Shown piece after piece: positions 39,538-48,812 of a DNA stretch of 64,000 nucleotides (position 1 is its first letter; each line of letters opens with the position of its first letter). A program made the position numbers and the translations under genes. Below the pieces are notes generated by a model. It saw only the letters and a program-made list of their open reading frames with translations. It searched no databases and was not told the origin of the DNA. This DNA is from an uncultured virus (IMG/VR IMGVR_UViG_3300021335_000008) (taxonomy: Duplodnaviria; Heunggongvirae; Uroviricota; Caudoviricetes; Demerecviridae): IMG/VR virus record IMGVR_UViG_3300021335_000008; one strand, written 5' to 3'.

Positions 39538-42500
39538 ATGGCATTAACAAAAATTAGTACAGGAATGTTGAAGCAAGATGCTGCTTCGAGCGATTTGAAT
39601 ATCGACGCCGGCACTCTATACCTTGACGTCTCGAATAACCGTGTGGGAGTTGCGAATACAAGTCCAAGCCAGGCTTTAGATGTTACTGGGGGAATTAGAG
39701 TTGTAACGACTGCAAGTGGTGGGGGCAATGGTCAACTCTTTTTAGGAACTGCGGGAAACAATAGCTACCCTCGAATTTCTATAGGAACAAGTAGTGCTTC
39801 TGCTCATTTTCAACTACTTAATGCAGGAGACTGGCGCTTAGGCACATATACTTCTCAAGCTCTGTCTTTTTATACAAACTCAGCCGAGCGTATGCGCATC
39901 GACACAAGCGGTGGAGTTGGTATCAATAGAACTTCAATTTCTTCAAGTTATAAGCTTCATGTAGGTGGAGATATTGCGATTGGGGGCGGAGGCGCTTATG
40001 GACAGATTACTCCTATTGAGTCAGGTACTACGGGCGTGCGAATCAGTGGAAATGGTAGCGGAACTCTGAGGCTTGCTTCAGGCGGTGTTGATGCCATGTA
40101 TATTATAGATGGCGGAAATGTTGGTATCGGTACTACTTCTCCAAGCTCAAAATTAGTTGTAGCAGACTCAAACGGAGCAGGATTAGAAATAATTCCACAA
40201 ACTTCGAATGATAGAGTTACAATGCTATCATATGACCGAAATGCTAATACATATCAAACAGTAGATTTTGATGGTTCAGATATACATTTCAATATTGCAG
40301 GAACTGAAAAAGCTCGCATCGACTCGAGCGGTAAGGTAGGTATTGGTACTACTTCTCCTGCAAAAGAACTTGATGTACTAGGAACTCTTAGAGCAATAGA
40401 CGGTTCTTCTAATCAACATCAACTTCGTCCTACTCAACTTATTGCTTATGGTACAGATGCTATTATTAATGCCCAGTCGACAGGGAATGATGTGCTTATT
40501 CGTACTCAAGGAAATACTCGCCTTATTGCTACCGCAGAAGGCAACGTTGGTATCGGTACTACTTCTCCAAATTCTACATATAAACTTCATGTTGCAGGAA
40601 GAGTTCGTATAGAAAATAGTGTTCCAGAACTTTTACTTGTAGATACAGATGGAACAAACCAAACCGCTTCTATTCGTGTAATTCAAGGAGCCGGTCTTGT
40701 ATTATCTTCAAGAGATGATTCTTCAAACGGAGTGATACGGTTTCTTGGTAATAATGGTACTACTGAAACAGAGCATATGCGCATCGACTCAAGCGGTAAC
40801 TTGCTGGTTGGTAAGACTTCTGCAAACTTTACTGTCGATGGCCACGAAATACGCCAGAGCAGCTATGCAGGGTTTACTCGTAACTCCGGGCTTCCTCTTC
40901 TTGTAAATCGACGAACAAGCAGCGGAGACATGATAGAGTTCTATAAAGATAGCACTTCTATCGGCACAATCGGTTCGATCGGGGGAGCAAACCTTTTTAT
41001 TAACAGCAAAGGCTCAGGAGGTTATGGTCGTCTTCAGGATAATGGCACTGATGTTGTTATTTGGTGGACAAATGGACTCTATCCTGCGACTGATGGTAAT
41101 AAAAATCTCGGAGTAAGCACTTCTAGTGGTAGATGGCAGCATCTATTTCTTACCGGCACAGTCAACGCCGCAACGCTGAATATTGACGGCGGTACGATTA
41201 AATTGGATGGTGATTTTCCGACTGGTGCACGAAACGTCGCGCTAGGCGACGAAGCATTAAATGGAATTACAAATGGCGGATATAATGTTGCAATTGGTTC
41301 AGAAACACTAAAACAACTAACTTCAGCTACTAATAATACTGCTATTGGTAGAGCTGCTGCTCAGCTAACAAGTACAGGCGGCGATAATGTGGCGGTCGGT
41401 GCTTTAGCTCTATATACTAATACAACAGGTGGTGCTAACACTGCAGTCGGTAATCAAGCTTTACGCTTGAACACAGCTACAGGGAATACTGCGGTAGGAG
41501 ATCAATCTGCGTACTCAAATACGACAGGTACAAACCATGCTGCTTTCGGGCGCTATGCTCTTTATTCAAACACAACAGGCTCAAACAATACCTCTATAGG
41601 GTTTCAGTCTCTGTTTGCTAACACTACAGGCGGAACCAACAGTGCTGTAGGTTATCAAGCTTTGCACAATAATACAACTGCAAGCCATAATACAGCATTT
41701 GGCTATAGAGCTTCGTATGCAAATACAACCGGCGATTTAAACGTCGCAATAGGTTATGAAGCCTTAAGAAACAATGTAACTGGAGATAGAGCGGTAGCAA
41801 TAGGTACTTCTGCACTTCAAAATCAAAATCCAACTTCTGGTGATACCTATAATGTAGGCGTTGGATATGCTGCAGGTAGTTCAATAACTACTGGAGTACA
41901 AAATGTTTTGATTGGAGGACAGTCAGGAGATGCTCTTACAACTTCGAATAGAAACGTAGCAATCGGAGATAATACGCTTACTTCTGAAACGGCAGGAAGA
42001 TATAGTGTTGCTATTGGTTACTTTGCTTTAGGAAATCAAAACTTTACAACAACTACAAATGTTCATAATGTGGCGATAGGTTATAATGCTGGCGCAAATA
42101 TCACCGTAGGACAGCAAAATACCGCAGTTGGTGGTAATAGCCTAGATGCAAACACTACGGCGTCTTTTAACACTGCTTTAGGTTATGGTTCTCTTAGTGA
42201 AAATACTACAGGAGCTGATAATACAGGTTTAGGTAGAAGTGCTTTAGCAACAAATACCACGGGGTCGTATAATACTGCTGTTGGTAAAAATACTCTTGAT
42301 GCAAATACTACAGGCTCTCACAATGTGGCGGTAGGGCATGACGCTCTTGGATTAAATACTACTGGCTATAATATTACAGCAATAGGTAAAAATGCTTTAA
42401 AGTCGAATACTACTGGTCTTTCAAACACTGCTTTAGGTTATGAAGCGCTTGAGGACAATACTATAGGCGGAGGCAACGTAGCAATTGGCAATGGTTCGCT

Positions 42501-45500
42501 AAATTCTAATACTGCTGGATCTCGAAACGTAGCAATCGGTCAAAATTCGATGCTTGCTTTCAATCGTACGACTGCAGGCGATACTTATAATACAGTTATT
42601 GGTTACAACGCGGGAGCTCAAATTAGCACCGGCATTCAAAATACTATTTTAGGAGGTTTAGCCGGCGATGCACTAGGTACGGGAAGCTATAACGTTGCTT
42701 TGGGAATGCAAACATTGACGAATAGTACAGTTTCTGGCAACACGGCTGTAGGCTATCAATCGTCAAACAGTAATACAACAGGAACAGACTTAGTTTCCCT
42801 AGGCAGAGAATCATTAAAAGATAACACAACAGGAATTAGAAATACTGCATTAGGTAGTTATGCTGCTCGAGATAATACCACGGGCGGAAGAAACACTGCA
42901 GTAGGTCGTTCTGCGCTTCTTTTAAATACTACAGGTTCCTATAATACTGCAGTAGGAAATGAAGCACTTTACAATAGTACTACTGCAAGTTATAACGATG
43001 CTTTCGGACAACAAGCACTTTACGGAAATACTACAGGTACAGGAAATGCCGCATTTGGAGGAAGTTCTCTCGATGCAAATAGCACAGGTAACTACAATAC
43101 TGCGGTAGGTGGGGCTGCTTTAGGGTCAACTACGACCGCTAATGCAAATACTGCTGTTGGTTACCAAGCGGGGCTTAGCAACACAGACCAAGGTAATAAT
43201 GTTTACATTGGTTATCAGGCAGGCTATAATAACGATGAAGATAGTAACGTTGCTGTAGGTAGCCAGGCCATGTACTCTGGCACAACCGCAACTAGTACTG
43301 TTGCTGTGGGGCGTAATTCTCTTTACTCAGTAACGACAGGTGATTACAATATAGGAATAGGGCGTGATTCTTTACTTAATAACACTACAGCCTCTAACAA
43401 TGTTGCTATCGGGTACCGATCACTGTATACAACCACTACATCTGGTAACCAAACTGCTGTGGGGTATCAGGCTTTAAGAGATAGTACAGGAACAAGCAAC
43501 TCTGCTTTTGGTTACAACGCGCTTGTTTTAACTTCAACAGGCTCTAATAATACTGCAGTAGGGTTTCAGTCTTTGCAAAATAATACTACTGCATCTAGTA
43601 ATACTGCTGTGGGGTATCAGTCGCTATATTTAAATACAACAGGAGCGCAAAACGTTGCTGTGGGCTATCAAGCGCTAGACGCAAGTACTACTGCTTCAGA
43701 CAATACAGCAATAGGCTATCAGGCTCTTACAGCGGCTACAGCAGGCAACAATACTGCTGTTGGTCGTGGCACTATGGCTGCAAACACGGCTGGAGGCAAT
43801 AACGTAGCGGTTGGTAATTATGCACTGGGCCTTAATACCACCACTTCTAACAGCGTTGCCGTTGGTTATCAAGCATTAACATCAGCAACAATAGGAGATA
43901 GTGTTGCTGTGGGCTCTATTGCATTACGTGATAACACGACAGGCGCGTCTAATGTGGCTGTAGGCTATGCGGCGCTTACTCTTAACGCTACTGGTTCTCG
44001 TAACACTGCGGTAGGACAGTTCTCGCTTTACAACAATACTGCAAATGAAAATACCGCTTTTGGTTGGTACAGCTTGCAAAGTAACACTTCGGGTACATAC
44101 AATACGGCAATAGGACGCTCCGCAAATCAAGCAAATACTACGGGTAGTTATAATACGGGAGTAGGGTACGGGACTTTGACCTCAAATACAACAGGTAATA
44201 GTAACACGGCTGTGGGTCAGAGTGCTTTAAGTTCAAATACGGGCTCAAATAACGTTGCAGTAGGCAGAAATGCGTTAATAAGCTCTACAACCGCCGTCAA
44301 TAATACCATAATTGGAACATATTCAGGAGATTCTTTAACAACAGGAGGCTCTAACGTAGCGTTGGGTTATGCAGCTCTTACCACAGATACTGCGGGCCAG
44401 TGGAACGTTGCAATCGGCAGAGATGCACTTTCTCAGCAAAACTTTACAACTGCAAATAATAGCTATAATACCGCAATCGGCGGTAATGCAATGAAAGCAA
44501 ACACTACTGGTAGCGGAAACACAGCAGTTGGGGGACTTGCTCTTGATGCAAATACAAGTTCTGGAAACAATACTGCAGTTGGTTACGCGTCTCTTACAGC
44601 AAACACCACAGGACAAAGAAATACTGGCTTGGGAAGAGGCACATTATACAATACTACTACGGGATCTGATAACGTAGCAGTTGGCTATCAGGCAGCAGCA
44701 GCAAATACTACAGGAGCCAGTCATGTTGCAGTAGGGTATAATGCACTGGCATCAAACACTACAGCAAGCGGAAATACAGGAGTAGGGTACTCTGCAGGAG
44801 GGTCGGTAACTTCTGGAGCTGCAATCACCGCAGTAGGATTTGGTGCTGTGAATACAAGTACTACAGCAAACAATAATACTGGTGTCGGCTATGTTGCTTT
44901 AAACGCTGCAACTTCTGGAAATAACGCTGGATTTGGCTCTTATGCTTTGTATAACACTACAAGTGGAGGAAATAATACTGGTTTAGGGCATGCCGCCCTT
45001 ATAAACAATACTACAGGCGGTGATAATACTGCAGTAGGTCTTCACTCAAATCAGGCGAATACTACAGGTTCTGCGAATACTTCTATTGGATATTATGCGC
45101 TTGGAGCAAATACAACTGGCTCTAACAATACTGCACTGGGATACCTAGCTCTTCGTAATGCAAGTGCTTCATCTTCAAATAACGTTGCAGTAGGTTACGA
45201 AGCACTGAAAGACAATGAGTATCCCTATAATACAGCAGTAGGTTTCCGAGCGGCTCTTGCAACCACTACAGGCTATGTTACGGCAATAGGAGCTTCAGCA
45301 CTTGGAGCAAATACAACTGGCAGTAAAAACATTGCAATTGGAGGATATGCAGGTGGTAGTAACAACGCTGCTCTAGCAGCAAATACTACTGGCAATAACA
45401 ATATTGGTATTGGTAATATGGCACTCGGTAGAAACACTACAGGTGCAAATAATGTAGCAATTGGTAGTGATGCTCTTGATTCAAACTTAACAGGAAGCGG

Positions 45501-47100
45501 AGGTGTAGCAATTGGCTACTCTGCTCTTGGTGCGTCAACAGTTGGAGGCAATACTGCGGTCGGTTATTTTGCAGCGTATCAAAGCACGTCAGCTACCGGT
45601 AATGTTGCAGTAGGTAACCAAGCCTTATATGATAATACTTCCGGTAGTTATAATACAGTAGTTGGAGAACTATCTTTATATGGTAGCACTGGTGATGATA
45701 ATATTACCTCTGTAGGTTACGCGGCGGGTCAGCAACAAAGTTTAACAAGCGGTAGCACGGCACGAAGTACCTATGTAGGTAGTAAGGCAGGAGGTGCACA
45801 GTCTGCAACTACTGCGGCTAGAAACGACAATACTTTTATAGGTTTTGAAACAGGGCGTTGCGATTCTAACACTACTGCAAATATGAGTCAAAATACTGCA
45901 GTAGGTGCAAACGCATTTAGACAAAGTTCTAAAACTACTGGCAATAGTTACTTCAATACTGCTATAGGAAATGAAGCTTTAGCTATGAACTTTACAACTA
46001 CTCAGCAGACCATAGGAAATACTGCTGTTGGTGATAGAGCTCTTACTGCAAATCAAACTTCTTATAATACCGCTCTTGGTAGATATGCAGGGTATGGAAA
46101 CACTACAGGGGGCTCTAATGTTTTTGTAGGCCATGAGGCAGGAAGGGATATTACTACAGGAACGGCAAATACTGCAGTTGGTACAACTTCTCTATATGAA
46201 AATGTAACCGGGAATTACAATACTGCAATTGGACGAGAAGCACTTTATAACGCTACAGGAAGTAATAACACCGCATTAGGAAGAAATGCTGGAATGGGAA
46301 TTACTACGGGCGATTCAAATGTTGCAATTGGTATGCTTACTTTACAGGCAACTGCAGCAAGAAACTACTGTACGGTTGTAGGTACTACTGCAGGATACAG
46401 CTCTACAGGAAGTCAGAATACATTTATAGGAAGTTCTGCTGGTTATCATATGACTACAGGGGCTAAGAATACTATTGTTGGAGCTTTTGGAGGCAACCAA
46501 GGCGGCCTCGACATTCGAACTTTGAGTAACCGCATCGTCTTGTCAGATGGTGACGGTAATCCTAGATTTTATATTCGCAATGATGGCGTTGGTTTTCTGG
46601 GCAAGTTTGCTACTGGCAATGGTACAGCGGGCGTTACTCTCCAGCCAAACGGTCAAAGTAGCTTTATCACTCAAGGTGATAACGTAACACCTCTTTATGT
46701 TGGCTCTACTGATGACACAGTATTAACACTAGTAGAATTTGGTTCAGCACAAACGGTTGTTGGTAGTATATCCGTTACTGCTTCCGCAACGGCCTACAAC
46801 ACATCATCTGACCACCGTCTTAAAGAAAACGTAGTAACTTTAACAGGAGCTACAGAAAGACTCAAGCAGTTAGCACCAAAGCGATTCAACTTTATTGTTG
46901 ACGCTGATACAACTGTTGATGGTTTCTTAGCGCACGAAGTCCAGTCCGTTGTACCAGAAGCAATTACAGGAACACACAATGAAGTTGATGATGACGGTAA
47001 TCCAGTTTACCAAGGCATTGACCAATCTAAATTAGTACCGCTACTTGTAGCGACAATCAAAGAACTAGAGGCCAGAATAACTGCTCTAGAAAGTCAATAA
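39538..47100 (+). CDS. Long tail fibre / adhesin 3 (2520 aa) with YadA-head-like 14-residue repeats and C-terminal S74 chaperone
   Basis: MALTKI N-terminus, about 6 GNVGIGT modules, long NTAVGxxAL..NTTG repeat block, YNTSSDHRLKENV...GFLAHEV...IDQSKLVPLLV. Confidence 0.88.
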   Translation: MALTKISTGMLKQDAASSDLNIDAGTLYLDVSNNRVGVANTSPSQALDVTGGIRVVTTASGGGNGQLFLGTAGNNSYPRISIGTSSASAHFQLLNAGDWRLGTYTSQALSFYTNSAERMRIDTSGGVGINRTSISSSYKLHVGGDIAIGGGGAYGQITPIESGTTGVRISGNGSGTLRLASGGVDAMYIIDGGNVGIGTTSPSSKLVVADSNGAGLEIIPQTSNDRVTMLSYDRNANTYQTVDFDGSDIHFNIAGTEKARIDSSGKVGIGTTSPAKELDVLGTLRAIDGSSNQHQLRPTQLIAYGTDAIINAQSTGNDVLIRTQGNTRLIATAEGNVGIGTTSPNSTYKLHVAGRVRIENSVPELLLVDTDGTNQTASIRVIQGAGLVLSSRDDSSNGVIRFLGNNGTTETEHMRIDSSGNLLVGKTSANFTVDGHEIRQSSYAGFTRNSGLPLLVNRRTSSGDMIEFYKDSTSIGTIGSIGGANLFINSKGSGGYGRLQDNGTDVVIWWTNGLYPATDGNKNLGVSTSSGRWQHLFLTGTVNAATLNIDGGTIKLDGDFPTGARNVALGDEALNGITNGGYNVAIGSETLKQLTSATNNTAIGRAAAQLTSTGGDNVAVGALALYTNTTGGANTAVGNQALRLNTATGNTAVGDQSAYSNTTGTNHAAFGRYALYSNTTGSNNTSIGFQSLFANTTGGTNSAVGYQALHNNTTASHNTAFGYRASYANTTGDLNVAIGYEALRNNVTGDRAVAIGTSALQNQNPTSGDTYNVGVGYAAGSSITTGVQNVLIGGQSGDALTTSNRNVAIGDNTLTSETAGRYSVAIGYFALGNQNFTTTTNVHNVAIGYNAGANITVGQQNTAVGGNSLDANTTASFNTALGYGSLSENTTGADNTGLGRSALATNTTGSYNTAVGKNTLDANTTGSHNVAVGHDALGLNTTGYNITAIGKNALKSNTTGLSNTALGYEALEDNTIGGGNVAIGNGSLNSNTAGSRNVAIGQNSMLAFNRTTAGDTYNTVIGYNAGAQISTGIQNTILGGLAGDALGTGSYNVALGMQTLTNSTVSGNTAVGYQSSNSNTTGTDLVSLGRESLKDNTTGIRNTALGSYAARDNTTGGRNTAVGRSALLLNTTGSYNTAVGNEALYNSTTASYNDAFGQQALYGNTTGTGNAAFGGSSLDANSTGNYNTAVGGAALGSTTTANANTAVGYQAGLSNTDQGNNVYIGYQAGYNNDEDSNVAVGSQAMYSGTTATSTVAVGRNSLYSVTTGDYNIGIGRDSLLNNTTASNNVAIGYRSLYTTTTSGNQTAVGYQALRDSTGTSNSAFGYNALVLTSTGSNNTAVGFQSLQNNTTASSNTAVGYQSLYLNTTGAQNVAVGYQALDASTTASDNTAIGYQALTAATAGNNTAVGRGTMAANTAGGNNVAVGNYALGLNTTTSNSVAVGYQALTSATIGDSVAVGSIALRDNTTGASNVAVGYAALTLNATGSRNTAVGQFSLYNNTANENTAFGWYSLQSNTSGTYNTAIGRSANQANTTGSYNTGVGYGTLTSNTTGNSNTAVGQSALSSNTGSNNVAVGRNALISSTTAVNNTIIGTYSGDSLTTGGSNVALGYAALTTDTAGQWNVAIGRDALSQQNFTTANNSYNTAIGGNAMKANTTGSGNTAVGGLALDANTSSGNNTAVGYASLTANTTGQRNTGLGRGTLYNTTTGSDNVAVGYQAAAANTTGASHVAVGYNALASNTTASGNTGVGYSAGGSVTSGAAITAVGFGAVNTSTTANNNTGVGYVALNAATSGNNAGFGSYALYNTTSGGNNTGLGHAALINNTTGGDNTAVGLHSNQANTTGSANTSIGYYALGANTTGSNNTALGYLALRNASASSSNNVAVGYEALKDNEYPYNTAVGFRAALATTTGYVTAIGASALGANTTGSKNIAIGGYAGGSNNAALAANTTGNNNIGIGNMALGRNTTGANNVAIGSDALDSNLTGSGGVAIGYSALGASTVGGNTAVGYFAAYQSTSATGNVAVGNQALYDNTSGSYNTVVGELSLYGSTGDDNITSVGYAAGQQQSLTSGSTARSTYVGSKAGGAQSATTAARNDNTFIGFETGRCDSNTTANMSQNTAVGANAFRQSSKTTGNSYFNTAIGNEALAMNFTTTQQTIGNTAVGDRALTANQTSYNTALGRYAGYGNTTGGSNVFVGHEAGRDITTGTANTAVGTTSLYENVTGNYNTAIGREALYNATGSNNTALGRNAGMGITTGDSNVAIGMLTLQATAARNYCTVVGTTAGYSSTGSQNTFIGSSAGYHMTTGAKNTIVGAFGGNQGGLDIRTLSNRIVLSDGDGNPRFYIRNDGVGFLGKFATGNGTAGVTLQPNGQSSFITQGDNVTPLYVGSTDDTVLTLVEFGSAQTVVGSISVTASATAYNTSSDHRLKENVVTLTGATERLKQLAPKRFNFIVDADTTVDGFLAHEVQSVVPEAITGTHNEVDDDGNPVYQGIDQSKLVPLLVATIKELEARITALESQ
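41220..46490 (+). repeat. Degenerate 42-bp (14-aa) coding repeat array, N(T/V)A(V/I)GxxAL-NTTG
   Basis: Periodicity visible in translation; exact 21-mer CTTGGAGCAAATACAACTGGC at 45100 and 45301. Confidence 0.85.
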
Positions 47101-47111
47101 GGAGAAACTAA

Positions 47112-47357
47112 ATGACTACACGAACTGACGCTGAAAAAGCACAGGACTACACGGCTATGGGTCACAGCGTAGCTTTAATTAACGCGATTATCGCAGGGAC
47201 AGAAATGGCAGATGAATCTGCTGAAGAACGTCAATCCTGTGTAGATCGTAATGTTGAACATTTGCAACTAATGGTTGCAAAGACCGACTGGGGAAGTGAG
47301 GATATGGCGGATACAAATGCTGCTATCACTGCCGGACAAGGATACACAGCAACATAA
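47112..47357 (+). CDS. Small fibre-associated hypothetical protein
   Basis: AAGGAG RBS; last gene before the terminator; VDRNVEHL motif. Confidence 0.65.
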   Translation: MTTRTDAEKAQDYTAMGHSVALINAIIAGTEMADESAEERQSCVDRNVEHLQLMVAKTDWGSEDMADTNAAITAGQGYTAT

Positions 47358-47382
47358 AAAAGGGGGCTAATCGCCCCCTTTT
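47356..47382. terminator. Bidirectional intrinsic terminator at the convergence of late and replication arms
   Basis: AAAAAAGGGGGC-TAATC-GCCCCCTTTT. Confidence 0.9.
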
Positions 47383-47384
47383 CA

Positions 47385-47621
47385 TTATTGTACTACTTCG
47401 CCTTCGGCTGGTGCCTCTGCAAGCTCCTCTCGAAGCATATCAGTAAAGCCTGTACGAGCCACTTCAATCTGGTCAAGGCGTGCACGCGTTGCGTTACCTT
47501 GCTGTGCCAAATCTTGTAGCTGACCGACGAGATATTGAGCTTTTTCGCTCAAATCTTCGATCACGTAGTTGTTGTCTTCAAAAACCAATGTTGGCTTTTC
47601 TTCGGTTTGTACATCTGTCAT
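47385..47621 (-). CDS. Small acidic coiled-coil hypothetical protein
   Basis: AGGA RBS; YVIEDLSEKAQ..QLQDL heptad pattern. Confidence 0.6.
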   Translation of the reverse strand: MTDVQTEEKPTLVFEDNNYVIEDLSEKAQYLVGQLQDLAQQGNATRARLDQIEVARTGFTDMLREELAEAPAEGEVVQ

Positions 47622-47630
47622 AATAAGATC

Positions 47631-48590
47631 CTATTTAAATATATCCTGCCAGTTACCCGTAGTACTTGCACGTGCGTACTCGGTGGCACGATTTTCGAAA
47701 AAGTTAGTGTGCTCTACTGCGTTCAACATATAGTCAAGCCACGGTAGAGGGTTCTCTTCACTGCCAAAAATCTTCTTCATACCAAGACCAAGAAGTCTTC
47801 GGTCAGCAATATAGCGAATATACTCTTTGATTTCTCCCGCTGTGAGATCCGGTACATCCGCACCTTCAAAACACAGATCAATAAAAGCATCTTCTAGTTC
47901 TACAGTACGCTCTGCAGCGCAGTAGATTTCATACTTCAACTCGTCATTCCACAACTCAGGATTCTCCGCAATGAAAGTTCGGAATAGCTGAGACATACCT
48001 TCTACGTGGAGAGTTTCATCCCGAATAGACCACGTAACGATCTGCCCCATGCCTTTCATTAAGTTGTGGCGAGGGAAGTTGAGCAGTATCGCAAAACTAC
48101 TAAACAACTGTACGCCTTCTGTGAAGCCGCTATAAATTGCCATAGTTTTTGCGATGTTCATGGGTGTATCCATACCAAAGGTAGATAAGTGCTCATGCTT
48201 ATCCATCATTGCTTTGTGATCCATGAACTTTTGGTACTCGTCATCTCCAAACCCTAGAGTTTCGAGAAGCAGTGAGTACGCTTCTTGGTGTACTGCCTCC
48301 ATTGCAGCAAAAGCAGAAAGCATCATTCGTACTTCTGGCTGCTTAAATGTAGGTAGATAATGCTTTGCATATCCACAGCACACGTCTACATCTGCCTGAG
48401 TAAAGAAACGAAAAATTTGTGTAAGCAGTCTCTTATTCCCTGGCGTTAGTTTCTCCCGATAGTCACGCAAGTCATCTGCAAGATTAACTTCATCAGGTAA
48501 CCAATGCATATGTTGTTGTGACTTGTAGTGTTCAAATGCCCAAGGGTAATTGAACGGTTTGTAATATTCTCTTTCTGTGAGAAGATTCAT
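47631..48590 (-). CDS. nrdB: Ribonucleotide reductase class Ia beta subunit
   Basis: FFTQAD, EAVHQEAY (iron ligands and radical Tyr), TEG, RDETLH, NFFE. Confidence 0.96.
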   Translation of the reverse strand: MNLLTEREYYKPFNYPWAFEHYKSQQHMHWLPDEVNLADDLRDYREKLTPGNKRLLTQIFRFFTQADVDVCCGYAKHYLPTFKQPEVRMMLSAFAAMEAVHQEAYSLLLETLGFGDDEYQKFMDHKAMMDKHEHLSTFGMDTPMNIAKTMAIYSGFTEGVQLFSSFAILLNFPRHNLMKGMGQIVTWSIRDETLHVEGMSQLFRTFIAENPELWNDELKYEIYCAAERTVELEDAFIDLCFEGADVPDLTAGEIKEYIRYIADRRLLGLGMKKIFGSEENPLPWLDYMLNAVEHTNFFENRATEYARASTTGNWQDIFK

Positions 48591-48811
48591 TAAATGTACT
48601 CCATGACTTCTTCGAAGTCGCTATATCCTCCGACCCATTCTTCATCTACTAAGATTTGAGGAACGGTTTTAGCGCCGGGAAATAATCTACTAAATTCAAT
48701 CATTGCGTCATTAGCATCAACATAAGTATAATCTAAACACAACTCTTCTGCAAGGTCAACGGCTTTCTCACAAAAACCGCATCCGTCTGATCCATAAATT
48801 GTTACGTTCAT
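48590..48811 (-). CDS. grx: Glutaredoxin
   Basis: CGFC active site, TVPQI, VGGY; likely start ATG 48811. Confidence 0.9.
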   Translation of the reverse strand: MNVTIYGSDGCGFCEKAVDLAEELCLDYTYVDANDAMIEFSRLFPGAKTVPQILVDEEWVGGYSDFEEVMEYI

Positions 48812-48812
48812 T

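Larger units (their letters stand above)
29356..40568 (+). repeat. Dispersed in-frame junction repeats between fibre modules
   Basis: GGTATCGGCACTACTTCTCC exact at 29554, 29818, 36156, 36540, 37584; GAGCGTATGCGTAT exact at 29356, 30277, 30613, 32500, 35886, 36357; many 1-2 mismatch copies. Confidence 0.85.

Noticed and set aside
29356..40568. CRISPR-like repeat-spacer pattern in the fibre genes
   Set aside because: Repeats are in-frame coding motifs with irregular spacing of hundreds of bp inside open reading frames; no cas genes or leader.
41220..46490. Ice-binding or ice-nucleation protein
   Set aside because: Thr-rich, but the period is 14 with NTT/NxAxG rather than the 16-residue TxT ladder of ice nucleation proteins.
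34767..47100. Diversity-generating retroelement or invertible shufflon acting on fibre tips
   Set aside because: No reverse transcriptase or site-specific recombinase in the window; no template/variable pair differing only at adenines seen; all modules are on the same strand.
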